Positions 9,545 to 19,402 of a DNA stretch of 43,303 nt are shown here, piece by piece. The position numbers and the translations under genes were made by a program. Location of the stretch: NCBI GenBank assembly GCA_016212585.1, contig JACRFU010000062.1:1-43303 (forward strand). Direction: 5' to 3'. Position 1 is the first letter of the stretch; each line of letters opens with the position of its first letter. The stretch is from Candidatus Magasanikiibacteriota bacterium. Lineage in GTDB: Bacteria > Patescibacteriota > Patescibacteriia > Magasanikbacterales > UBA10146. Below the pieces are notes generated by a model. The model saw only the letters and a program-made list of their open reading frames with translations. It had not been told where the DNA came from and did no database searches.

Positions 9545-9959
9545 ATAAATCTTTGCTTACAAACGCGACTCTGGTAGGTAATTTATAACCAGCGAGTTTT
9601 ACTGCCTGCACCGCTATTTCTTTTGATATGCCTTCTACTTCAAAAATAATGGTGCCGGGTTTTACAATTGCCACATAGTGGTCAACCGCGCCTTTTCCTC
9701 CACCCATTGAGTTCTCGTTGCCATGCGCCGTGATGGGTTTATCCGGAAAAATACGGATCCAAAACTTGCCGCCTTTTTTTAAAAACTTGGTAATGGTACG
9801 GCGCGCGGCTTCTATCTGACGCGCGGTAATCCATGAATAATCAAGCGCTTTGAGCCCATATGTTCCAAACGCCAATTCAACTTTTGTAGTGGCAACCCCC
9901 GCGTTGCGGCGGCGGCCTTTATGCCACTTGCGATGTTTTACTTTCTTGGGAATCAACAT
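9537..9959 (-). CDS. rplP: 50S ribosomal protein L16
   Basis: MLIPKKVKHRK, WIRIFPDKPIT and MGGGKG; start at ATG 9959. Confidence 0.97.
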   Translation of the reverse strand: MLIPKKVKHRKWHKGRRRNAGVATTKVELAFGTYGLKALDYSWITARQIEAARRTITKFLKKGGKFWIRIFPDKPITAHGNENSMGGGKGAVDHYVAIVKPGTIIFEVEGISKEIAVQAVKLAGYKLPTRVAFVSKDLYE

Positions 9960-9970
9960 ATTATGTGGTA

Positions 9971-10093
9971 TATGACCTACGCATTTGTCCAATTTCTTCG
10001 TCAAAGCCTGCGCTTCTCACTCGTCGTAGGTATACTACGGCTTGCTCCGATGCTCGGCTTTTCCTTGAACTTGTCTCAAATGCGTAGGTCATG
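9971..10093 (+). mobile_element. Family B element (B2) between rpsC and rplP
   Basis: 16-bp perfect TIR atgacctacgcatttg/caaatgcgtaggtcat; flanks TGGTA/TGATA; interior nearly identical to B1. Confidence 0.9.
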
Positions 10094-10742
10094 TGATAAT
10101 CTCTTTTGACGCAAAAATATCTCCGCGATACACCCATACCTTAATGCCAATAATACCGTAAATAGTATGCGCGGTAGTGGAATTAAAATCAATATCAGAG
10201 CGAAGATTCTGCAAAGGAATTTTTCCTTCGGTAATAAACTCGCGGCGCGCGATTTCCGCGCCGTTCAAACGACCTGAAACCGCAATTTTTACTCCCAAAG
10301 CGCCTGCTTTGCGCACGCGCTCCACAGACTGCTTAAGTACGCGGCGGAACGGCACGCGTTTTTCAAGCTCAGTCACGACACCCTGTCCAATGATAGCGGC
10401 GGAAAGCGCCGGATGCGCTACTTCAAGAATATTCACTTTGACATTGGTCTTAACATCAAAAAATTTCTTTTGCAACTTTTTACGCAATTCTTCCGCTCCG
10501 GCGCCTCCGCGGCCAATAATCATGCCGGGTTTTGCCGCGGAAAGACTAATAGTAATATCGTGTGGGGTGCGTTCTATGCCAATCGCATCCACACCAGCGT
10601 CTTTGAACTCTTTCATCAAATGCGCGCGAATCGCCAAATCTTCGCGCAAAAATTTAGCATACCCTTTACGCGCGAACCATTTAGAATCCCATGTATAAAT
10701 ACTGCCGATGCGAAAAATTTTTGGATGTACTTTGTGACTCAT
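10089..10742 (-). CDS. rpsC: 30S ribosomal protein S3
   Basis: KVHPKIFRIG, KPGMIIGRGG and SGRLNGAEIAR; the stop codon lies inside element B2. Confidence 0.98.
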   Translation of the reverse strand: MSHKVHPKIFRIGSIYTWDSKWFARKGYAKFLREDLAIRAHLMKEFKDAGVDAIGIERTPHDITISLSAAKPGMIIGRGGAGAEELRKKLQKKFFDVKTNVKVNILEVAHPALSAAIIGQGVVTELEKRVPFRRVLKQSVERVRKAGALGVKIAVSGRLNGAEIARREFITEGKIPLQNLRSDIDFNSTTAHTIYGIIGIKVWVYRGDIFASKEIIT

Positions 10743-10750
10743 ACAATTAG

Positions 10751-11152
10751 TTATGATGTATATGTTGCGATTGCCGGCGCATCTTCTGTTTTTTCTTTCA
10801 CTTCTTTTTTGGCCGCGCGCATGATCTCCGTGAGCGTCAACTTAACAGAACAAGTCCGTTTGCGAATCTCATACGCTCGTCCAAACGCGCGCGGTTGGAA
10901 ACGTTTCAAAGTAGGACCTTGTTCCGCGACAATTGACTTAATTTTTAAATTGCCTGCTGATATATGAAAATTATGTTCCGCGTTTGCCACCGCCGATTTC
11001 ACCAATTTTGCAAGCGGTGTTTTATTTTTTTGCCCAGCAAACTGCAAAATCACGAGCGCGTCTTCAACACGCTTCCCGCGGATCTGGTCAATCAAGGGTT
11101 TCATTTTGCGCGTGCTTGTGCGAATTGTTTTGAGCTCTGCGAATACATCCAT
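10751..11152 (-). CDS. rplV: 50S ribosomal protein L22
   Basis: SAVANAEHN and GPTLKRFQPRAFGRA. Confidence 0.97.
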   Translation of the reverse strand: MDVFAELKTIRTSTRKMKPLIDQIRGKRVEDALVILQFAGQKNKTPLAKLVKSAVANAEHNFHISAGNLKIKSIVAEQGPTLKRFQPRAFGRAYEIRKRTCSVKLTLTEIMRAAKKEVKEKTEDAPAIATYTS

Positions 11153-11156
11153 AATA

Positions 11157-11489
11157 TTATTTCTTTGTGGGCGCTGGCGTGGCCGAAGCTTTTTTAGCCG
11201 CCTCTGACTGCGCCGTCTCTAAATCTTTTTGCATTTTGCCTCCGTGGCGAACAAACTTGCGCGTCGGAGAAAACTCTCCCAAACGGTGCCCCACCATATT
11301 TTCTACAATCATAACAGGAAGATGCTGTTTGCCGTTATGCACCGCAATCACAAACCCCACCATCTCGGGGGTTACCACACTGGCGCGCGCCCATGTTTTG
11401 ATAGGGGTTTTATCGCCTTGTTTCAGGCGCTTAACCTTTTTCATTAATTTTTCATCTATGTACGGACCTTTTTTTAAACTGCGTGACAT
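11157..11489 (-). CDS. rpsS: 30S ribosomal protein S19
   Basis: [10 protein letters not shown] and [13 protein letters not shown]. Confidence 0.98.
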   Translation of the reverse strand: MSRSLKKGPYIDEKLMKKVKRLKQGDKTPIKTWARASVVTPEMVGFVIAVHNGKQHLPVMIVENMVGHRLGEFSPTRKFVRHGGKMQKDLETAQSEAAKKASATPAPTKK

Positions 11490-11495
11490 ACAAAA

Positions 11496-12323
11496 TTATT
11501 TACGATGTTGGATTATTAAAAAGTTGCTCCATTTCTTGCGTTTGCGCGTCTTAACCCCCAGCGCAGGCTTACCTTGCGGAGTTTCCGGACGACGCATACC
11601 GATTGGGTTGTGTCCCTCGCCGCCACCGTGCGGATGATCAACAGGATTCATGGCTTTTCCGCGCACTGACGGTCTCCAGCCCATATGGCGTCTGCGTCCC
11701 GCTTTGCCAAGACGGATCAAATTGCGGTCGGGATTGCTCAAAACGCCAATCGTCGCGGCGCATTCTTGGCTCACTTTTCGTAATTCGCCAGAAGGGAGTT
11801 TAAGTGTGGCATACCCCATTTCAACCGCCATCAACTGTGAACTAGTGCCAGCGCCGCGCACAATTTTACCGCCTTGTCCCGCCAATAATTCTATATTATG
11901 AACCATCTGGCCGACCGGAACAAATTTGAGCGGCATACGAGCGCCTGTTTTTACTTCAATGCGATTTTTTGAACTCAACACGGAGTCTCCTGCCGTAATG
12001 CCCTGCGGAGCCAATATATATGACTTCACTTTATCAGCATATTCAATCAATGCGATACGAGCACCTCTGTTGGGATCATATTCAATGGCGTTCACTGTTG
12101 CGGGTATATCATACCGCTGTTGTTTAAAATCCACCAATCTATAAAATGTGCGCGTGCCTCCTCCTCTGTGGCGCACAGTAATGCGGCCGTTGGAACGGCC
12201 GGTGCGCTTCTTGTGCACCATCATAAGCTTTTTCTCCGGTTTGTGTTTGGTGATATCGTCGAACGCATCCACCATAGTGGCGCGGCGTCCGGGAGTTGTT
12301 GGTTTGTATGTCTTAAATGCCAT
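11496..12323 (-). CDS. rplB: 50S ribosomal protein L2
   Basis: IEYDPNR and MNPVDHPHGGGEG; probable start ATG 12323 (MAFKTYKPTTPGRR). Confidence 0.98.
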   Translation of the reverse strand: MAFKTYKPTTPGRRATMVDAFDDITKHKPEKKLMMVHKKRTGRSNGRITVRHRGGGTRTFYRLVDFKQQRYDIPATVNAIEYDPNRGARIALIEYADKVKSYILAPQGITAGDSVLSSKNRIEVKTGARMPLKFVPVGQMVHNIELLAGQGGKIVRGAGTSSQLMAVEMGYATLKLPSGELRKVSQECAATIGVLSNPDRNLIRLGKAGRRRHMGWRPSVRGKAMNPVDHPHGGGEGHNPIGMRRPETPQGKPALGVKTRKRKKWSNFLIIQHRK

Positions 12324-12325
12324 AG

Positions 12326-12487
12326 GGGTCTGTCGCCGAATGCGCTTTTGAAACGAAATGCGCAGATTTCGAGACAAAATTATTGAATAAATTTTGAGGT
12401 TTAATTGCAAATTAAGCTGAAAAATTTTGAAACAATTATGGCCGAACTATGCATATTGCAGTCAAAATGGCATTCGGCGACAGACCC
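12326..12487 (+). mobile_element. Family A element (A5) between rplW and rplB
   Basis: Perfect 18-bp TIR gggtctgtcgccgaatgc; flanks CATAG/CATAT (4/5), the left one containing the rplB start codon. Confidence 0.92.
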
Positions 12488-12494
12488 CATATGA

Positions 12495-12956
12495 TTATAC
12501 CGAACTCAAAAGAGTAATATGGTCTCCTTTGCCGACGGTAACCATTGCCTTCTTCCACGCTTTGCGCGTGCCGCTTCTGCGCCCAAACTGTTTTACTTTC
12601 CCGCGCATGCTCACGATGCGCACTTTGATAACCTTTACTTTAAAAACTGATTCAACCGCTTTTTTCACTTCTACTTTATTAGTGTTTTTTGCGACTTCAA
12701 ATACATATTGATTTTGTGTTTGGTGCAAGGTGTTCTTCTCCGTGAGAAGAGGACGCAATAATACGCGATGCGCGCCGCCAGTGGCGCGTGGTTTTTCTTC
12801 AATAGACGGTGTGGAAACAACCACTTCTGTTTCCTTGTTGGATTTTAATGATACAGTTTTTTCTGCAACAGCAACAATCACAGGTGTTTTTTTTTGTTGC
12901 GTTACTTGTTTTTTCTGCTCTTCTTTTTTATTTTTGTACCAATTAAAAATACTCAT
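12495..12956 (-). CDS. rplW: 50S ribosomal protein L23 with ~55-aa N-terminal extension
   Basis: RPLLTEK, NKVEVKKAVE and WKKAMVT. Confidence 0.95.
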   Translation of the reverse strand: MSIFNWYKNKKEEQKKQVTQQKKTPVIVAVAEKTVSLKSNKETEVVVSTPSIEEKPRATGGAHRVLLRPLLTEKNTLHQTQNQYVFEVAKNTNKVEVKKAVESVFKVKVIKVRIVSMRGKVKQFGRRSGTRKAWKKAMVTVGKGDHITLLSSV

Positions 12957-12959
12957 ATC

Positions 12960-13601
12960 TTACTTTGATTTCACGCCGTAAGTTTTTTCCAATGATTCTA
13001 TGGTTCCCGGCATGGTAACAACATTTGCGTGGTTCAAAAGCGTTATAATATCTATCTGGTCGCGCGCAATAACCTGCACATTGTTAATATTTCGAGCGGA
13101 ACGCGCCACCAATGTATCGGACGCTGGCATAATCACTAAAATTTTACCTTTATGCAAAGGAAGTTTTTTCAAAAATCCCGCAACAAGCTTGGTTTTTGCG
13201 TTTTCCACCGCAAGGCTGTCAACAAGAATCAAACCGTTATTCTGCGCCTTGTCGGACAATACCATACACATGGCAAGCCGCTTCACTTTTTTATTGATTT
13301 TTAATTTGAAATTGCGTTCTGATGTTGGACCAAATGTAATACCGCCGCCGCGCCACAAAGGAGAACGGATAGATCCCGCGCGGGCTCGTCCGGTGCCTTT
13401 TTGCGCCCATGGTTTGCGTCCGCCGCCGCGTACCTCGCCTTTTTTCTTAGTGTCGGCAAGCACCTGACGGCGATTAGCAAACAAAGAACGCACCACCTCC
13501 GCAATCAACGCTTGTTTTGGTTTGATGCCAAAAACTGCCGCAGACAATTCTTTTGTCCCAATCACTTCGCCTTGTTGATTGTAAATCTTTAATGAATTCA
13601 T
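12960..13601 (-). CDS. rplD: 50S ribosomal protein L4
   Basis: KPWAQKGTGRARAGSIRSPLWRGGG. Confidence 0.98.
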   Translation of the reverse strand: MNSLKIYNQQGEVIGTKELSAAVFGIKPKQALIAEVVRSLFANRRQVLADTKKKGEVRGGGRKPWAQKGTGRARAGSIRSPLWRGGGITFGPTSERNFKLKINKKVKRLAMCMVLSDKAQNNGLILVDSLAVENAKTKLVAGFLKKLPLHKGKILVIMPASDTLVARSARNINNVQVIARDQIDIITLLNHANVVTMPGTIESLEKTYGVKSK

Positions 13602-13610
13602 AGATGCGCA

Positions 13611-14405
13611 TTACACGACGGTTTGTTCTTGAATTTTAGAAACATCTGCTGATATGTTTATTTCCTCTGTAACATCCGATGCTTGAGCTGATACCGTTTC
13701 CCCTACTTTAGACACTTCCTCTGTCAACGCTTCCACAGGCATGGCAGGCGCTGGCTCATGTTTCATTTTGATAACTTTTAATTCTCCGCCAGAACATTTG
13801 ATTAAAATAAGTCCGTTGCGACCGCCCGGAATTGCTCCCTTAATCTGTAAGATGTGCTTCTCCGGATCAATCGCCACGATTGATAAATTTTGCACGGTTA
13901 CCTGTTCATCTCCCATATGACCGCCCATGCGCATTCCTTTGAACACGCGCTGAACGCCGCCCGCTCCAATTGAACCAGGCATGCGCAAGTTATCTTTATG
14001 GCCATGACTTGCAGGACCGCCTCGGAAATGATGGCGTTTTACCACGCCCTGAAATCCACGCCCTTTGGAAGTGCCGGTGACATCTACCTTATCCCCCACG
14101 GTAAACATTTCCACCGTAATCATATCACCGCGTTCAACACCTGCAATTTCTTTTTCACTGACCGGCATCTCGCGAATCATCCGCATAGTGGGCAAATCTT
14201 TTAAATGTCCCAATTGCGGTTTGGCAATATGTTTTGCTTTTCCTTCGTCAAATCCAACCTGAAGAGCGGTTGTGTTGTCGTGCGGCTGTTTCTTGACATG
14301 CGTCACTACGCAAGGAGTTGCCTTGACAAGTGTTACCGGAACAAGCGTGCCGTCTTCGGCAAACACTTGGCTCATCTGAATTTTCTTACCAAAAATGAAT
14401 TTCAT
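13611..14405 (-). CDS. rplC: 50S ribosomal protein L3 with acidic C-terminal tail
   Basis: GTSKGRGFQGVVKRH and KGMRMGGHMG; start ATG 14405. Confidence 0.97.
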   Translation of the reverse strand: MKFIFGKKIQMSQVFAEDGTLVPVTLVKATPCVVTHVKKQPHDNTTALQVGFDEGKAKHIAKPQLGHLKDLPTMRMIREMPVSEKEIAGVERGDMITVEMFTVGDKVDVTGTSKGRGFQGVVKRHHFRGGPASHGHKDNLRMPGSIGAGGVQRVFKGMRMGGHMGDEQVTVQNLSIVAIDPEKHILQIKGAIPGGRNGLILIKCSGGELKVIKMKHEPAPAMPVEALTEEVSKVGETVSAQASDVTEEINISADVSKIQEQTVV

Positions 14406-14655
14406 AAATTGGCAACCGTCATGGTAATTAAAAACCAGAAGTCCTGTTTCATGCGCGTTCAACTCATGCAAGCGCGCGCATAAACTAAAACTTCCAGCCT
14501 TTAAAATAATATGTTTTAAACAAAGGCGTTGTGAGAGCAGTGAGTTGTCAATACAATTTCTCCTTATATCGTTCTCCTACCTTCTCCCCGATGTTTTCCT
14601 TTGAGCGCCGTATCTATTCTGCGCAGGATCTTATCGAGTTAAATGTGAGAACGGT

Positions 14656-15012
14656 TTACATTTTGATTTCAATGTCCACGCCGGCCGGCAAACTTAAGTG
14701 CATTAACGCGTCAAGCGCTTTGGGTGTAGAATTGATGATATCAATCAACCGTTTGTGCACGCGCATTTCATATTGTTCGCGCGCGTCTTTGTGCACAAAT
14801 GTTGAACGATTAACGGTAAAAATAGCTTTTTCCGTTGGCAACGGCACCGGACCAATCACTTCCGCGCCGTTTCTTTGCGCTGTCTCAAGAATGGTGCGAG
14901 CCGCTTGATCTATAATCTTGCTATCATACGCGCAAATCTTGATTCGGATTCTCTGTTTATCATCCTCTTTTTCCTTTACCGCAACTGCTGTATTGTGTTT
15001 TGTTTGTGCCAT
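14656..15012 (-). CDS. rpsJ: 30S ribosomal protein S10
   Basis: GPVPLPT and [19 protein letters not shown]. Confidence 0.98.
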   Translation of the reverse strand: MAQTKHNTAVAVKEKEDDKQRIRIKICAYDSKIIDQAARTILETAQRNGAEVIGPVPLPTEKAIFTVNRSTFVHKDAREQYEMRVHKRLIDIINSTPKALDALMHLSLPAGVDIEIKM

Positions 15013-15083
15013 GCGAAAATCTTTTTATGAAAAGCGCGCCACGCTAGATTGCAACAAATCTTCACGGGCACGCTTTCACATAG

Positions 15084-16274
15084 TTATTTAAGAATCTTTG
15101 TTACCACTCCTGCCCCAACGGTTCTGCCACCCTCACGAATTGCAAAACGTGTTTTTTCTTCAAGTGCGATGGGAGTAATCAATTTAACAGTCATCTTAAC
15201 CGTATCTCCTGGCATTACCATTTCTGTTCCCGGCGCAAGAGCAATATCACCAGTTACATCGGTAGTGCGGACATAAAATTGCGGCTTATATCCGGTAAAG
15301 AATGGCTTATGGCGTCCGCCTTCTTCTTTGGTCAAAGTATATACTTCTGATTCAAACTCGGTGTGAGGAGTAACCGTACCGGGTTTGGCTACCACCATTC
15401 CGCGCAAAGCGTCTTCTTTTTTAATACCGCGCAAAAGCACGCCGGCGTTGTCTCCTGCCATACCTTCATCCAAAGACTTGTTGAACATTTCAATACCGGT
15501 AATAACGGTTTTTTGCGTGTCTTTGATACCAATCATTTCCGCTTCATCATTGACATGGATAATTCCGCGTTCAATACGACCGGTTACTACGGTTCCACGA
15601 CCTTCAATGGAGAAAACATCTTCAATAGGCATAAGGAACGGTTTGTCTGTCTCGCGTTGTGGTTGTGGAATATAGGTATCCAACTTTTCCAAAAGATCCA
15701 AAATTGGTTTGGATGCGGCTTCATCACTTGGATTTTCCAACGCCTTGAGAGCACTTCCGCGGATTATAGGAGTGGTGTCGCCAGGGAATTCGTATTTCTT
15801 CAAAAGGTCGCGCACTTCTTCTTCCACCAAATCAATCAGTTCAGGATCAGATACTTGGTCAACTTTGTTCAAGAAAACGATGATGTAAGGTACTCCAACT
15901 TGTCGCGCAAGCAAGATGTGCTCGCGTGTTTGAGGCATAGGGCCATCTGCGGCGGAAACCACCAAAATAGAGCCGTCCATCTGCGCGGCGCCGGTAATCA
16001 TGTTTTTGACATAATCGGCGTGACCCGGACAATCTACATGCGCGTAATGGCGCGTCTTTGATTCGTACTCAACATGGGTCGCGTTAATGGTAATACCACG
16101 AGCCTTTTCTTCCGGGGCTTTGTCAATTTGGTCAACACCTTTATCTTGGGAGATAAAACCATGGTGTTTTAACACCTGCAAAATAGCGGCAGTAAGAGTA
16201 GTTTTTCCATGATCAACATGACCAATGGTTCCTACATTTAGATGCGGTTTACTGCGGTCAAATTTCTCTGCCAT
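15084..16274 (-). CDS. tuf: Elongation factor Tu
   Basis: [17 protein letters not shown] and [10 protein letters not shown]. Confidence 0.99.
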   Translation of the reverse strand: MAEKFDRSKPHLNVGTIGHVDHGKTTLTAAILQVLKHHGFISQDKGVDQIDKAPEEKARGITINATHVEYESKTRHYAHVDCPGHADYVKNMITGAAQMDGSILVVSAADGPMPQTREHILLARQVGVPYIIVFLNKVDQVSDPELIDLVEEEVRDLLKKYEFPGDTTPIIRGSALKALENPSDEAASKPILDLLEKLDTYIPQPQRETDKPFLMPIEDVFSIEGRGTVVTGRIERGIIHVNDEAEMIGIKDTQKTVITGIEMFNKSLDEGMAGDNAGVLLRGIKKEDALRGMVVAKPGTVTPHTEFESEVYTLTKEEGGRHKPFFTGYKPQFYVRTTDVTGDIALAPGTEMVMPGDTVKMTVKLITPIALEEKTRFAIREGGRTVGAGVVTKILK

Positions 16275-16350
16275 AGATTTATGATATATTAAATATTAAA
16301 AAATTTTACTAATTTAAGCGATTTTTTATACCTAAAAAGGTACGAGCATT

Positions 16351-16379
16351 ACTATACCACAACAAAAAAAATAATGCAA
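16351..16379 (-). promoter_or_regulatory. Putative sigma70 promoter for tuf/S10
   Basis: Minus strand TTGCAT-17bp-TATAGT with TGn extended -10. Confidence 0.6.
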
Positions 16380-16402
16380 GAGCGGATGCTGTGGACAGCT
16401 CT

Positions 16403-16753
16403 TTAGCTCTCAACCGGCTCCAAATAATAGTGGTCTTCAACCTGCTTTTCTTCTAAAACTTGTGGTTTTTCAGCAAATTCTTCCCACCAATCCGGCGCGG
16501 CGGTTTCCGTCAATTCTTGAACAAGCACTCCGCCAAGCGGCAACGCGCTTTGGGCTACTTCTTCCTTTATAGGAGTAACAAAAGATGTTTTTTCCTGCAT
16601 TTTTTCTGTTAATCCCTGTTTACCAAACACTAGATGCTCATAATCTTTAATGGACATGACCACATAATTATTCTCTGTGGAGCGATCAATCACCACCAAG
16701 CGGTCGCCTGTTTTTTTGATGAGTTCTAAAATTTGGTCAAACGATTCGGTCAT
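16403..16753 (-). CDS. Hypothetical protein
   Basis: 116-aa ORF; the N-terminus (KKTGDRLVVID...YVVMSIKDYE) loosely resembles a Phd/YefM-like fold; acidic tail. Confidence 0.7.
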   Translation of the reverse strand: MTESFDQILELIKKTGDRLVVIDRSTENNYVVMSIKDYEHLVFGKQGLTEKMQEKTSFVTPIKEEVAQSALPLGGVLVQELTETAAPDWWEEFAEKPQVLEEKQVEDHYYLEPVES

Positions 16754-16787
16754 AGTGTATCAATTGTATAAAAAATATCTTCCCTTG

Positions 16788-17189
16788 TCAACCCGCGCTC
16801 ATATGATCCAACACCATCTGCATTAAGACGTAATACTTCTCTATACTCTCTAAAAGCTGTCTTGCGAATGCTTCATCATAGGTGTGTGTTGTTGTATTAT
16901 GATCATCCACCATTTGCAAAAGCGTTTCTGTTTCAACATCTGACACCAGTTCATGAACACGCAACGCTCTAAAACATTCTTTGGGGGAAGGCGCATTCGT
17001 CCCAAAACGTTCAAATAAAAATACTTTACATGCTTTCCAGCACAACTCAAACGAATATTCAAACCGCTGTATGGCGGCATCGCGCACAAATGTCTCCACA
17101 TTCTCCGGATTATATGCATCTAACGCTTCTTTGGGCGTCATAAGCGCTTTTTTGAATGCGCCCAATTTATAGATTAACGTTTGATCCAT
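16788..17189 (-). CDS. HI0074-family nucleotidyltransferase substrate-binding (HEPN) protein
   Basis: RDAAIQRFEYSFELCWK and SPK; HNTTTHTY in place of R-x4-H. Confidence 0.88.
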   Translation of the reverse strand: MDQTLIYKLGAFKKALMTPKEALDAYNPENVETFVRDAAIQRFEYSFELCWKACKVFLFERFGTNAPSPKECFRALRVHELVSDVETETLLQMVDDHNTTTHTYDEAFARQLLESIEKYYVLMQMVLDHMSAG

Positions 17190-17470
17190 ACAATCTTGTT
17201 ATTTTCTAAAACATTTTTTTGAAAAGCCGCCGCGGCCGTATTGAAATTGACCACATCTATTTTAAAAGGAAGTGTTGATGTTTCAAATACTTCCTTTAAT
17301 TTTCTTATATCTCCTTCAGTTATGTTTCCTTTCACTCCCACATCAACATCGGAAAATTTGTCTTGCCGCACCGCGGAACCAAATAAAAAAATCTGTATTT
17401 TTTTTCCTTTGGCAAAGGTGGAAAGGTCTTTTTTAATCCGTTCAAAATACTTTTTTTTATTCTGAATCAT
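17174..17470 (-). CDS. Minimal nucleotidyltransferase (MNT)
   Basis: LFGS...SDVDVG and KIDVV; start ATG 17470. Confidence 0.88.
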   Translation of the reverse strand: MIQNKKKYFERIKKDLSTFAKGKKIQIFLFGSAVRQDKFSDVDVGVKGNITEGDIRKLKEVFETSTLPFKIDVVNFNTAAAAFQKNVLENNKIVWIKR

Positions 17471-17483
17471 ATGCACATATAAT

Positions 17484-17537
17484 GGGTTTGTCGCCGAATG
17501 CCATTTTGACTGCAAAAGCGCATTCAGCGACAGACCC
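17484..17537 (-). mobile_element. Family A minimal derivative (A6), 54 bp
   Basis: Both family A ends joined directly; flanked by direct repeat ATAAT (17479-17483, 17538-17542). Confidence 0.85.
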
Positions 17538-17593
17538 ATAATAACAAAAAAATGCTTGTAATGCAAGAAAAAAATAATGCGTGAAAAACTTGA

Positions 17594-19402
17594 TTATCTC
17601 TCTCTGCTCGCGCGCAAAGCGTTCAATATGGCAACCACATCTATAAGCTCTTGCACCACGGCGCCGGTAAGGGGAGGCAATCCGCCCAGAGCGGCCACTA
17701 TCATGCCTATGCCGCTCAAACCCATGCCGATAAAAATACTCGTGAACGCAATCCGCACGGTGCGCCTGGCTATACCAAGCGCGTCGCACACCAAAGAAAA
17801 CTCACCACCCAAAAACACAATATCCGCCGCGTCCGACGCGGCCGTGCGTTCTTCATTTGAAAACACCAATCCCACATCCGCCGTGGCAAGCGCCGGCGCG
17901 TCGTTGATGCCGTCTCCCACCATTGCAATGCGAAAGCCTTTTTGTTTCAAATCCGCGACACCTCTCTGTTTGTCTTCCGGCGACATTTCCGCGGTTACCT
18001 GCACATGCGTGCCCAGCGCCTCCCGCACTCGCGCCGCGGCCGCCTCTTTGTCTCCGGTAAAAATACGCAATAAAAATTTCTGGCTCTGCAAGCGTTCAAT
18101 AATCGCGCGCGACTCATATTTTATTTCATCTTCAATAAAAAATGTCGCCGCAAGCACTTCATTTTCATAAAGCCCTACCGCCATGCTGTTATGATCTTGT
18201 ACTTTGGTCACAAAAAAATGCGAACAGGCAACAACCCCGCCAATTCCCTTTCCAATCTGTTCTTCCACTTTTTGCGCCTGCATCATGGGCGCATGCACGC
18301 TATGCGCGTATGAAACAACAGACTTTGCAAGAGGATGCAAAGAGTTTCGTTCCAGTGCGGACGCAATGCCAACCAACTCTTCCACACTGCGCGTGACGGA
18401 ATGAGACTCCACACTCGTAACGCGCGGCACGCCGAGTGTGATAGTGCCAGTCTTATCAAACACCAACGCGTTCACACGCGCGAGCGTCTCCAAGCTCGCA
18501 AGGCGCTTTACAATAATTCTACGTTTTGCCGCGGCATTAACCCCGCCCAAAAGCGCGATTGGTGTTGCCAAAATCAACGGGCACGGCGTGGCAATAACCA
18601 GCACCGCCAAAACACGACCCCACTCGCCGGAAATAAAATACGCACCCGCCGCGATGACGAGCGTAACCGCGGCAAACCAACCGCTTGCTTTGTCCGCAAG
18701 GCGTATGAGCGGCGCTTTTTCTCCCTGCGCTTTTTCCACCAACTCAATAATCTTATGATAGGTGGAGTCTTTTTCTTCCGCGGTCACACGCACCACAACC
18801 GCGTCTCCTTTGTTCACCGTACCACTGCGCACTACATCACCTTTGATTTTATCTATAATATACGGCTCGCCGGTGATTGATGATTCATCAGTAAGACCAT
18901 TTTCAGATTCCAAAATACCATCCAATGGTATAACTTCTCCCTTGCGGATACAAATCGCATCTCCCACGCGCACTTGCGCGATAGATCGTTTCTCTCCCGG
19001 ATTACCCTCAACCGCCATTAAAATATCCCGCGGAATACGCCCTATGAGCGATGTCAAAGATTTTCGTGCCAACTGCACGCCGTATGCTTCAAGCGCGCGA
19101 CCGGTGGACGCCATAAACGCAATCACAAGCGCCACCACATATTGACCCATCACAAGCGCCACCAGCAACGCCAAAAGAGCGATGTAGTCTATAGCATACC
19201 TACGCGCGCGCAATTCTTGCCATGTTTCTTTTATAAGCGGAGCACTGCCAAAAGCCACACCCACATACGCAACACCAACCGCTATCTCCGCAAATGCGAT
19301 AACGCGCAAAAGCGCATACAAAACAAAACACACCCCTACAAACAAAGGTCCTTTCCACCAGGTAATTAACGAACGGATAATCATTTTTTGCTTTCTAACC
19401 AA
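17594..19402 (-). CDS. Heavy-metal translocating P1B-type ATPase
   Basis: TGE, TPCPL, DKTGT, HP and GDGINDAPAL motifs; exact start uncertain. Confidence 0.93.
   Translation of the reverse strand: MVRKQKMIIRSLITWWKGPLFVGVCFVLYALLRVIAFAEIAVGVAYVGVAFGSAPLIKETWQELRARRYAIDYIALLALLVALVMGQYVVALVIAFMASTGRALEAYGVQLARKSLTSLIGRIPRDILMAVEGNPGEKRSIAQVRVGDAICIRKGEVIPLDGILESENGLTDESSITGEPYIIDKIKGDVVRSGTVNKGDAVVVRVTAEEKDSTYHKIIELVEKAQGEKAPLIRLADKASGWFAAVTLVIAAGAYFISGEWGRVLAVLVIATPCPLILATPIALLGGVNAAAKRRIIVKRLASLETLARVNALVFDKTGTITLGVPRVTSVESHSVTRSVEELVGIASALERNSLHPLAKSVVSYAHSVHAPMMQAQKVEEQIGKGIGGVVACSHFFVTKVQDHNSMAVGLYENEVLAATFFIEDEIKYESRAIIERLQSQKFLLRIFTGDKEAAAARVREALGTHVQVTAEMSPEDKQRGVADLKQKGFRIAMVGDGINDAPALATADVGLVFSNEERTAASDAADIVFLGGEFSLVCDALGIARRTVRIAFTSIFIGMGLSGIGMIVAALGGLPPLTGAVVQELIDVVAILNALRASRER

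Noticed and set aside
8402..12410. Long N-terminal extensions of L24, L16 and L2 given by the ORF track
   Set aside because: They derive from elements A4, B2 and A5. Canonical ATG starts exist at 8401, 9959 and 12323, so they are not annotated as protein (the phase coincidence is noted as a finding).
14523..14551. TTGACA on the minus strand upstream of rplC as a promoter
   Set aside because: No credible -10 hexamer at 16-18 bp spacing
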